A DNA stretch of 35,878 nucleotides, taken from positions 1 through 35,878 of the IMG/VR virus record IMGVR_UViG_3300048576_000606, one strand, 5' to 3'. Below, piece by piece: positions 18,520 to 26,365 of the stretch (its first letter is position 1; each line of letters opens with the position of its first letter). The position numbers were made by a program, and so were the translations under genes. The stretch comes from a virus (lineage: Duplodnaviria; Caudoviricetes). The notes under the pieces are model-generated. The model saw only the letters and a list, made by a program, of their open reading frames with translations, had not been told where the DNA came from and made no database searches.

Positions 18520-18546
18520 TATGGGCGAGCGGGTGTAATGCGGTTT
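18520..18546 (-). promoter_or_regulatory. 27-bp late-gene regulatory motif, copy 1 (5 nt before the gpW-like ATG)
   Basis: Intergenic; exact match to 16068-16094. Confidence 0.72.
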
Positions 18547-18557
18547 ATCAGCGGTCA

Positions 18558-18965
18558 CTATGTTTGGGTATCTCGGCACATTGGGTTGATGGAGACTCGT
18601 AGATGGTGAATCCGAGGAATGTCTTCCCATCGTAAACCTCGGCGATTCGCTAGCCGGCCGTGAGGCTTGCGCTCTGCTTCGTCTGCCTGCCTGTTTTCTT
18701 TCCTGCTTACAATATCCTGCACGGTTGGCTCCGATAAACCCTGCCCGCGCAGTAAGTCGCCGTACCCGCACGCACTCATGTGCTGCATGAGCGCGTCCTT
18801 CAGGGACGCAGCATCGACCGCCCTTTCGGTCCAAGGGCAGGCGATCAAATCAAGGTCAGTAACGACGGATCCATGAATAGCCAATGCATACCCGTGCTTT
18901 TGGGCAACGTCACAAAGCCCCGGATACATACAGGCGAAGGCAGGAGCTATGTTTGCGGCTTTCAT
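18558..18965 (-). CDS. Phage protein with nucleotidyltransferase-like HGS...DLD motif
   Basis: GYALAIHGSVVTDLDLIACPW and KPHGR; start moved to MKAANIAP. Confidence 0.6.
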   Translation of the reverse strand: MKAANIAPAFACMYPGLCDVAQKHGYALAIHGSVVTDLDLIACPWTERAVDAASLKDALMQHMSACGYGDLLRGQGLSEPTVQDIVSRKENRQADEAERKPHGRLANRRGLRWEDIPRIHHLRVSINPMCRDTQT

Positions 18966-18972
18966 GGTTCGT

Positions 18973-19353
18973 TCACTGGGTAGCGGCAACTTCGAGATCC
19001 TTGGCTTCGCGCTCCAACTGATCCGCATGATCGCGGCATCGCTTCGCAGCAAAACGCTTCTCATCGGCATCGGTCTTGGAGAACATCTCGTGAAGCGCGG
19101 CCTCTATCGAATTTCCGCATCCGCCCCCGTCGAAGAAATTTCCAACCTCGAAGAAGCCCCAAGTTTTGGCCGAAGCATTAAATGGCTGCAGCGGCTTCCT
19201 TTCGTGCGTGACCTTGAGCCGGATTTCGAAGGTGCTATGGTGTGGATTCGCAGCTTTGTGTGCTTGGCATACTTGGCCCAGTGCAGCGATGCCCGCTTCA
19301 ATGGCCTGCTTTTGTTGCTCGGTGATTTCGTATCGATTGATTTTCTTTTTCAC
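18973..19353 (-). CDS. Hypothetical protein (126 aa)
   Basis: AAAGGA upstream, GTGA coupling, fills operon. Confidence 0.7.
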   Translation of the reverse strand: MKKKINRYEITEQQKQAIEAGIAALGQVCQAHKAANPHHSTFEIRLKVTHERKPLQPFNASAKTWGFFEVGNFFDGGGCGNSIEAALHEMFSKTDADEKRFAAKRCRDHADQLEREAKDLEVAATQ

Positions 19354-19505
19354 GTTGGTTCCTTTCGTTGTTTGTTCAGAGAGTTGCGAAATGGATTAGG
19401 TTTTCTGCAAAAACACACCCACCCATGACAGGTTTTCTTCAATGGCTTCCCGCACCTAATGCAGCGTAGCGCAGGATGCTCTTTCTTTGACGTGAAGGGT
19501 TTCAT
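19350..19505 (-). CDS. 51-aa basic zinc-ribbon-like peptide; not in ORF track
   Basis: MKPFTSKKEHPALRCIRCGKPLKKTCHGWVCFCRKPNPFRNSLNKQRKEPT; stop overlaps next GTG. Confidence 0.5.
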   Translation of the reverse strand: MKPFTSKKEHPALRCIRCGKPLKKTCHGWVCFCRKPNPFRNSLNKQRKEPT

Positions 19506-19518
19506 TTTCGTTCTGAGA

Positions 19519-21072
19519 TTAGGCAAGAAGTGCGGGTTGGTGTTTCATTTCATCCCTGCTCCACGCGGCCAGTTCGGGCACATTCGCTCGCACGAGAGCC
19601 GCGGCCATCGGCGGGCATACAGAATTTCCGCACATACGCACCTGGGCGCTTTTCGTGAGGGTCAACCCTTGCTCCGGCGTGTCCCCGATTATGTAGCTCT
19701 CGGGAAATCCTTGAGCGCGGTAAAGCTCGCGAGGTTGCAGCATGCGCATCCCGATATCTGTGATCTGGTATTTTTCGCCAGCTACAGTCACTAGCCCGAA
19801 GCGGTCTCGAGCCGTCACGGTATGCATCGGACTCTCTAGGTGCGGGTCCTGGTCGGAGCCATAATATTTCAGAAGGAAGGCCTGGATAAGGCCAGTCTTT
19901 CCTCCGGCACCATCGGCCATTATGGTTCCAAGTGGCGCTTGTATGTCGGCCGCGGTAGCCGTGCCGAATTGGCGCATGAGCGTAGCAGCCACAACAGCGT
20001 GATGATCCTTAGCGGTCACTGTGCTCATAGAGTCCTCACAGCTCACACCCGGGGTCTCGTGACCGCCGTAATGCTTGGCAAGAAAGGCCGAGACGAGCGC
20101 CATATGACCTCCCTTGGTCTCGGCGCAGATAGTCCGCAACGGCTCTTCGGCGGGCATACACCGAGGACTTGATGCATTTGCACATTCAGTAAACATAGGA
20201 GCAACCAAAGCCATCTCGCCTCGATGTGCGCCCGTTACGGTGCGCATTGGCTCGTCGACTGAATAGGCTCGGTCTCCGCCCTGATGTGTGAGCGGAACGA
20301 TGAATGGATTCCTTGCGTTTACGACGTAGCGCATGACCCCCTTGGCAATTCGGCGAAGTGTGGCTTCGGCAAGCGGGCGCTCACGGGCGAAGATCGAAGA
20401 GCATGGAATCATCCAGTCGATGCACTCGGCTGCTGTGCGGTACGGCTGTTTTGTGCTCGGGCCGTGCGTAGGAACCGGCCAAACAATCGGCTTTCTGTCG
20501 CAACGTGCGATTAGGAACAGCCGCTTGCGAAGCGTAGGGGCGCCATAGTCGCATGCTCGCAGTTCTTTCCAGTCCACCTCGTAGCCGCGGCGACGAAGAG
20601 CACCGACAAAGCAGCGGAAGAACCACTGCTTGCGCCATGTGCTCACCATGCCGTCCGCTTTCACCGGACACCAAGTCTGAAACTCCTCGACGTTTTCTAG
20701 CATGACAACGCGAGGCCGAACCGCCTGCACCCACTTGAGTGCGATCCACGCGAGACCTCGGATTTTTTTGGAGCGCGGCTTGCCTCCTTTGGCCTTGGAA
20801 AAATGCTTACAATCTGGGCTAAACCAAGCGATGCCAACCGGACGGCCTCGGCAGGCAGTAACCGGGTCAACATCCCAAACACTTTCGCAGTAGTGTCGTG
20901 TCTGAGGATGATTTGCCGAATGGAGAGCTACAGCTTCGGGGTCGTGGTTGATCGCAACGTCGACGTGTCTGCCGAGCGCAATCTCGATGCCCGTGCTCGC
21001 TCCGCCACCGCCGGCGAAGTTATCGACGATAAGCTCGTCTGAAAGGTCTAGTGAAAATTGGGGTCTAATCAT
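19519..21072 (-). CDS. dcm: DNA (cytosine-5) methyltransferase, phage type, orphan
   Basis: Motif I DNFAGGGG, IV SPDC, VI ENV, VIII RKRLF, IX RELYRAQGFP, X GNSV; start moved to MIRPQF. Confidence 0.93.
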   Translation of the reverse strand: MIRPQFSLDLSDELIVDNFAGGGGASTGIEIALGRHVDVAINHDPEAVALHSANHPQTRHYCESVWDVDPVTACRGRPVGIAWFSPDCKHFSKAKGGKPRSKKIRGLAWIALKWVQAVRPRVVMLENVEEFQTWCPVKADGMVSTWRKQWFFRCFVGALRRRGYEVDWKELRACDYGAPTLRKRLFLIARCDRKPIVWPVPTHGPSTKQPYRTAAECIDWMIPCSSIFARERPLAEATLRRIAKGVMRYVVNARNPFIVPLTHQGGDRAYSVDEPMRTVTGAHRGEMALVAPMFTECANASSPRCMPAEEPLRTICAETKGGHMALVSAFLAKHYGGHETPGVSCEDSMSTVTAKDHHAVVAATLMRQFGTATAADIQAPLGTIMADGAGGKTGLIQAFLLKYYGSDQDPHLESPMHTVTARDRFGLVTVAGEKYQITDIGMRMLQPRELYRAQGFPESYIIGDTPEQGLTLTKSAQVRMCGNSVCPPMAAALVRANVPELAAWSRDEMKHQPALLA

Positions 21073-21115
21073 GATAGTAAGATAGTAGGTACGCCCGCGG
21101 GTTCGTTCTAAAGTG

Positions 21116-21201
21116 TGGCGCACAGGCTCCAGTCGAGGCACCGCTGGAGCATAGGGCATCAGAAGCCCGCTGCCTTTGGACACCCGAAGATCCCACTGTG
21201 C
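21116..21201 (-). ncRNA. Candidate tRNA-like four-way-junction RNA ending in GCCA
   Basis: Hand-folded: GCACAG/CUGUGC closing stem, cUUCGg hairpin, GGCA/UGCC hairpin, GCUCCAG/CUGGAGC hairpin; intergenic once the methyltransferase start is set at 21072. Confidence 0.4.
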
Positions 21202-21239
21202 ATAAATATGCTTGTATGTTTTACTACGTTAATTTTGGT

Positions 21240-21485
21240 TTATTCCGGCATAAAGATAGTTGGCGTCGGGGCCTGGCGCGGCTCCGGCGCCTTTTTGCTG
21301 TATCTTTTTGAATCACCCCCGACGGCGAAGGAGGTAGCCAGAAAGACCTCATGCTGCAGGCGCAGGGAGAAAATCACCTGGCAGAGCTCAGATGGCGTCG
21401 CAAACGAGGTGTCCCCCTTTTCGACATAGTCATTCATCACCTTCGCGATGATATCGTTTTGACGTTGCTTGTTAATGAGTCGCAT
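21240..21485 (-). CDS. Hypothetical protein (81 aa)
   Basis: AAGGGGTAGGT before ATG; follows terL. Confidence 0.55.
   Translation of the reverse strand: MRLINKQRQNDIIAKVMNDYVEKGDTSFATPSELCQVIFSLRLQHEVFLATSFAVGGDSKRYSKKAPEPRQAPTPTIFMPE
21262..21296 (+). terminator. Plus-strand intrinsic-terminator-like hairpin
   Basis: GGCGTCGGGGCC-TGGCGC-GGCTCCGGCGCC-TTTTT; 12-bp stem whose two G-U pairs form only on the plus strand. Confidence 0.4.
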
Positions 21486-21506
21486 ACCTACCCCTTGTTT
21501 TTTTAG

Positions 21507-23399
21507 TTATCTGGTAACTTCCACGATGCGCCGACTGGTCTGGCTGGCCTGGTCATGACCGCTCTTCGCGGCCGTACTTCGGCTCTTCAGAAGGACCCAG
21601 TACAGCGCCATGATATACACCTCGCAGTCGAAGTAGTGATTGTTGCCTGTTCTCGAGCGCCACTCAAATGGAGGCTTGCCAGCGACCCGGCGCTTTCGAG
21701 GGACACGGCGTTCATCGAGGAGCTGCTTGTAGTATTCGCGCCGTTCCGCGATTTCCGCTTCAGTGGCCGCCAGAGGCAGCTGGTACACGAACCAATTCGG
21801 GATATCTCCAGAAAAGCGTTTCTCCAGTTCGACCTTGAATTCATATGCTGAGATAACCAGTTTACGGATACAATGTCCGTGGGCTTGGAGCTTTCCGCCA
21901 AGATAGACATTTGCCTGTTCCAGCCTCACAAGCTCCTTGGCTTGATCAAATGCCTCAGCGCCATACCAGCCACGGCCCGACCGGAGATAGATCTGCTCCA
22001 GCGCCTCCGCGCGGCGATCCTCATAGTTAATGTCACCGATGATATACGAGTGAGCCGATGGCCATATCCCGTGATAATCATCTTGGATTTTTTCCAGATC
22101 ACCCCAGCTAGGAGCATCTCCATGATCGACCAGGTATGTCCTGCCCGTGAGATCACAGGCTCTGACCACATAAGGGAGCCGATTGCTCTGCACATCGAAT
22201 CCGATGATGATGAAAGCTGGTATAAATCCATCTGGAACAGATCCGCGAATGTAGCTTGCCTCTCGAGCGGAGAACTTCTCGACCGTGACGTCCGATATCT
22301 GATCCTTCCACGGCATGCCCATGCGGCTATTCCAGAAGTCTTGGCGATCTGAGTAGAAGCCCGTGGTGCGCGCCGATAAGAAGTCGACTGCCAGAGAGCC
22401 CATAGTATTCGTCTCAAGCGGACCATACAGTCCATTCGTTAGGAATGATACCCAGCCAGGCTCGCTAATCTGACTAGGAACCCAGCGAGCGCGGGTATCA
22501 TCCATGATTGCGACCAGTCGCTCGGCATCCGATAGGCCTGTCCCTAGCGTGCCGTCAGGATCATGCGCCGAGCAATCGACTCTTGAGCAGGAGTAGCGAG
22601 CCGATGCCTTTACCCTGGCTAGATCCCATTTGCCATTCTCTAGTTTTGCCGATGGGTCCCAGCGCACTCCGTCCCACACCAGCTCCTGTAACTGTCCACA
22701 CCGCGGGCAGGGTACGTGCCGGAAGCGCATATCCCCTCGGCAGGCGAATTGCCAAGTCGGACCCTCCTCTATGGTCGGAGTGCATGACCACATGTGCTTC
22801 CTGGTCCTGAAGGACTCCGTGCGATGCCGCGCCAACTCGGGGATCGACGCCTCCTTATCCGATGAGCCCTTCCACTTATCGAGTTCGTTGCCAAACAATC
22901 GCTCAACAGTATCTCCCGCTACCTGCGCCTCTGAATTGCCTCCCACCATGGTGAAGGCAGCCCCGGGAATAAGAATAAAGGATTCCGTGTTATATCTCCG
23001 ATCCCTCGGTACTCTCGCACGGAGGCATTCGTTTGCGTTGATCATCGGTCGGAGCTCACGCTTCATCACCTGCTTCGCCTTGTCTTCGGTGGCGTCCACC
23101 CACATTGATGGCGCTGGACTCTTGGCGATGGAGACCGCCAGTGCCATGCGGAGAAGAAAGGTCTTCGAGGAACGAGTGGGACCGACGTAGACGATGTCCG
23201 TCACATCCGGATCATTCATTATATCCAAGATCTCCCGCAGCTGTGGACGCTTCGCGAAGCTCACACGCCCAGGCTCGGACTCCTGCTTGCCGTGTGGCAG
23301 GAATATATTGCGCTCAATCCACTGCGAATTGCTCAGACGCTCCTCCAACCTCCAGAAGGATCGGATGTACTCATGCGCAGTTCTGACGGATTGCATCAT
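21507..23399 (-). CDS. terL: Terminase large subunit, lambda GpA family
   Basis: SQWIERNI, Walker A GPTRSSKT, CTPT, GDMRFRHVPCPRCGQLQELVW, FWNSRMGMPW, GFDVQ, NHYFDCEVY. Confidence 0.95.
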   Translation of the reverse strand: MMQSVRTAHEYIRSFWRLEERLSNSQWIERNIFLPHGKQESEPGRVSFAKRPQLREILDIMNDPDVTDIVYVGPTRSSKTFLLRMALAVSIAKSPAPSMWVDATEDKAKQVMKRELRPMINANECLRARVPRDRRYNTESFILIPGAAFTMVGGNSEAQVAGDTVERLFGNELDKWKGSSDKEASIPELARHRTESFRTRKHMWSCTPTIEEGPTWQFACRGDMRFRHVPCPRCGQLQELVWDGVRWDPSAKLENGKWDLARVKASARYSCSRVDCSAHDPDGTLGTGLSDAERLVAIMDDTRARWVPSQISEPGWVSFLTNGLYGPLETNTMGSLAVDFLSARTTGFYSDRQDFWNSRMGMPWKDQISDVTVEKFSAREASYIRGSVPDGFIPAFIIIGFDVQSNRLPYVVRACDLTGRTYLVDHGDAPSWGDLEKIQDDYHGIWPSAHSYIIGDINYEDRRAEALEQIYLRSGRGWYGAEAFDQAKELVRLEQANVYLGGKLQAHGHCIRKLVISAYEFKVELEKRFSGDIPNWFVYQLPLAATEAEIAERREYYKQLLDERRVPRKRRVAGKPPFEWRSRTGNNHYFDCEVYIMALYWVLLKSRSTAAKSGHDQASQTSRRIVEVTR

Positions 23400-24121
23400 A
23401 GGTTTACCGTTGCTGCCTCAATTTCCTTGGGCATGCGTTGTTCGATCGCCGACATCTGGGCAAAGATCTCATCGACGCCGGCATCTATGGCCTTGCGCGC
23501 CAGCTCTGGATCTCCTGGGTTTGCGGCCTTTGCGATCAATTCACCCAGCTTAAGCAATCGCGTGCGCAGTGCCTGGAGTTCGCTGCCAAGCACATCGAGC
23601 ACCGGTGCCAACGGGAGCAATTCCCGCAGCTTTTCCTGCTGTGTGATGAATTCGTCCCGCGCGGCGGCGGCGGCCTTCATCGACTCGTGCCAGTTTTTGA
23701 TCGCCGCCGAGATCTCCGCGCTATTCCCCCTCGCGACTGCTCGCAAATACGCTGCGTGGGCGATCTGAGGCATTGCTTCGCTCTGCCGTATCATGGTCTG
23801 CAGGAAGTCTGCCCCACCCCCCCCCACGATCTCACGCATGAGCTTTTGCAGCTCCTCGATGCTCATTCCTGTTGAGGTTGTGTAGGTAGAATCCGCGTTT
23901 TTTTTCTGACCCTCTGTTTCGCGCTTTTGGTTGCCAGGCTTAGGCGGCGCATGCACCGCTCGCCATGTATCGGCTGCTTGGAGTGTGTCGAAGGATGGCA
24001 TTCCTTTGTCTTGGGCGAGTTTCGTCAAATATGACCGACTAACACCCCAGTGCCTTGCCAGATCGGCGTTTCTAAGCGGTTTTTGTTCTCCAGGCGTTAA
24101 CTGCAGCTGGTCAGAGTTCAC
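23396..24121 (-). CDS. terS: Terminase small subunit (Nu1-like)
   Basis: N-terminal HTH (NADLARHWGVSRSYLTKL...GMP), helical C-terminus, ATGA-coupled to terL. Confidence 0.8.
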   Translation of the reverse strand: MNSDQLQLTPGEQKPLRNADLARHWGVSRSYLTKLAQDKGMPSFDTLQAADTWRAVHAPPKPGNQKRETEGQKKNADSTYTTSTGMSIEELQKLMREIVGGGGADFLQTMIRQSEAMPQIAHAAYLRAVARGNSAEISAAIKNWHESMKAAAAARDEFITQQEKLRELLPLAPVLDVLGSELQALRTRLLKLGELIAKAANPGDPELARKAIDAGVDEIFAQMSAIEQRMPKEIEAATVNL

Positions 24122-24621
24122 TTGGAGGCCTTTTGTTTACTTAATTTCGAACACTTCACACGCTCCGAGGGCTCGGGCCGTTCCGGAACCTGGTGGGTAG
24201 TGGGATGGGGGGAGGACCCAGACCCCCGGGTGGTGGGCAAGACCTGCCGGCCTGAGATCTCGGCGCGCACGCCAGCCAGGAGCTTGCGCCAGTTGTTCTC
24301 AGACATGCCTAGAGTCTTGGCCACCTGCTTTCCGTCCAGGCCGTGGAACAACTCAGGTGCAAGGACGAACGCCAGCGCACACATACGACGGTATCCAGCC
24401 TCGAAGCGACGCATGCCACCATAGCAGGAGCGCTCGGGCAGCAGGCTGGCAAAGAGTTTGCGGAATATGTCTCCGGCTGCAGCGCCATCGTCGGAAGCTG
24501 CATCGTCGCTGGGACCATCCATGGAATCTCCGGGGTGGCGCCACTGGGCAGCGGCCTCCTGGTCTACGCGATGCTGCATCGCTTCATAGCGCTTCTGAGC
24601 CCATGCCGGGTAATCTCTCAC
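24118..24621 (-). CDS. HTH protein, candidate late-transcription regulator
   Basis: LDGKQVAKTLGMSENNWRKLL HTH; lies between origin and terS; GGAGG plus GTGA coupling. Confidence 0.55.
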   Translation of the reverse strand: MRDYPAWAQKRYEAMQHRVDQEAAAQWRHPGDSMDGPSDDAASDDGAAAGDIFRKLFASLLPERSCYGGMRRFEAGYRRMCALAFVLAPELFHGLDGKQVAKTLGMSENNWRKLLAGVRAEISGRQVLPTTRGSGSSPHPTTHQVPERPEPSERVKCSKLSKQKASK

Positions 24622-24638
24622 GCTGCACCTCCCATCGG

Positions 24639-24890
24639 GCGACGGTTGCGACGGTACGCGACGGTACGCTGTTTTCGAGGAATCAGCCGATTCTCATAGG
24701 AAGCTGTGACGGTTGCGACGGTTGCGACGGTACTTTTATAGATATTACATGCGCAAACACACATACGCGCGAGCGCGCACGTAATACCTCCAGATCTACC
24801 GTCGCAACCGTCGCTCCCGTCGCGCCCCTCTCTGTCGTTTGGCGTGTTTCGCGATATTATCTTACCGTCGCGTACCGTCGCAACCGTCGC
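24639..24890. repeat. Iteron array / putative replication origin: four triplets of G(C/T)GACGG, two per orientation
   Basis: Clusters 24639-24666, 24706-24732, 24797-24823, 24863-24890; outer clusters are a perfect 28-bp inverted repeat; directly downstream of helicase. Confidence 0.85.
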
Positions 24891-24892
24891 AG

Positions 24893-26365
24893 TCATGATG
24901 CACCTCCCACGAGATCCTGCGGCCGTGGTCGAAGAATCCAGGTCTTGGACGTACGTTTGATTTCCAGCCGACAGAACTCCTCGCCAAAATGCTTCGTGCA
25001 TAGCCTCAGGCGTCGCCCTAAGTATACTGGGCTTGGCACTTCTCTGCGTTCATCGGCGGATAGCCTCGATGCATCGTTTTTCTTGAGGAGCTCGTCCAAG
25101 TCCTTGGCCGTACCCCGCCATTCCTTACGCGGGATCCACTCGGCCGCAGTATCCTCGCTGCACCGATACTCCGAAAATACTACCCGAGATCCAACGATAA
25201 GATCCCAGAGACGAGTGTGCGGCGATAGGTCATGTAATTCCGAAACGATCGCAGGGTGATGCCAGTGCCGCACGACGAAGCGCCCCCCCGACGCATGCGA
25301 CGGTATCTTAAACTCATACAACAACCAGAAAAGGAACGCGGGCAGCTCGCCGCGGATGCGGTCACGGTATGCTTCCTTCTCCTTGATCGTGCGCGTAGGC
25401 ATGGGAGCTGGCCAGCACGCCTGCTCCGCAGGCGTATCCGCTGTGATCGGCTCCTTTGGAGCCGGGCGGGCATAGCCTTTGAGAATGATGAGCTTATCGT
25501 CTACATCTCCATCGAGAGGCGGCAGCACCTGGATGCCCTGCAAATTTACCAACACCACCAACCTGCGCAGCACTTCTACCGCAAACCCGTCTTTGTGCAT
25601 GGCCCGCAGTCGCACCTCATTGTTCGCTACAATTTTCTTTACCTCGGCTCCGAATTTCTGGCGCAGATCGAGGCGCGTATCTGCCTGGTTCTCGTCATCC
25701 ACGAGTTGAAGTACGGCCTCCACTGTATCTCTATTGAAATTGTCCTGGCCTGTCATAACCGCGTAGGGCTTGGCAACACGGCCGCCGAGCGACCAGCGCA
25801 GGAAGAGAGCGAGGAAGCTCTTTCCGCAGTTGGGCTCTCCTGCCATAGCGAGCATGAGTCCTGGATCGGTGCGGCCGCTATAGAGGCACTCCAAAGCATG
25901 CTGGAGCCACCCAAAGAAATACGGGCGCTGGTCATACGTGACGAAGTTGCCTTCGTCATCGGCAACTTCCTTCCCGATCAGCAGGCCGTCGATGAATGCG
26001 GTGATCATAGGAAACTCGCCCTTCTGCGGGTCGATCAGTATAGGGTCTTCCGTGACCAGCAGCGTGCGGCCTGTCACTCGATGTAAGCCTGCCTTGTACC
26101 CTGCAAGCACGCCTGCGTATGCTACTCGCTTCTCTTTTTCAACGTAGGACAAGACCTCATCGACCTGAGAAATAAGCTCGCCTGACTGGACGTTCGGCTT
26201 GTCTCGCTTGCCTAGCTTCTTCAAGTGACGACGCATGCCATCAGTGCCGAGATCAATCCAGCTTCCACTCGTATTTTTGAGCCAGTAACTTCGCGTGGCT
26301 TCATCGTACCAATAGTCATCCAAGCCATCCTGCGTCTCAAAGGGATCTGATTCCTGGTCGCTCAT
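24893..26365 (-). CDS. Primase-associated P-loop helicase (SF3/DUF5906-like)
   Basis: Walker A GEPNCGKS, Walker B LQLVDDE, sensor VVLVN, ELPAFLFWL; follows primase. Confidence 0.85.
   Translation of the reverse strand: MSDQESDPFETQDGLDDYWYDEATRSYWLKNTSGSWIDLGTDGMRRHLKKLGKRDKPNVQSGELISQVDEVLSYVEKEKRVAYAGVLAGYKAGLHRVTGRTLLVTEDPILIDPQKGEFPMITAFIDGLLIGKEVADDEGNFVTYDQRPYFFGWLQHALECLYSGRTDPGLMLAMAGEPNCGKSFLALFLRWSLGGRVAKPYAVMTGQDNFNRDTVEAVLQLVDDENQADTRLDLRQKFGAEVKKIVANNEVRLRAMHKDGFAVEVLRRLVVLVNLQGIQVLPPLDGDVDDKLIILKGYARPAPKEPITADTPAEQACWPAPMPTRTIKEKEAYRDRIRGELPAFLFWLLYEFKIPSHASGGRFVVRHWHHPAIVSELHDLSPHTRLWDLIVGSRVVFSEYRCSEDTAAEWIPRKEWRGTAKDLDELLKKNDASRLSADERREVPSPVYLGRRLRLCTKHFGEEFCRLEIKRTSKTWILRPRPQDLVGGAS

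Noticed and set aside
21116-21201. Canonical tRNA gene
   Set aside because: Six-bp acceptor-like stem, no TTCRA T-loop, no 7-nt anticodon loop; kept only as tRNA-like candidate
23897-23905. A AAA AAC slippery-like site in terS
   Set aside because: -1 frame stops after about 22 codons and no known frameshift applies here; explained by Lys-Lys-Asn codons
24639-24890. Short repeats as a CRISPR array
   Set aside because: Units are 9-10 nt, abutting and in both orientations, with no repeat-spacer pattern
24357-26086. 300-aa and 276-aa plus-strand ORFs
   Set aside because: Antisense to helicase and origin; Arg-rich shadow composition
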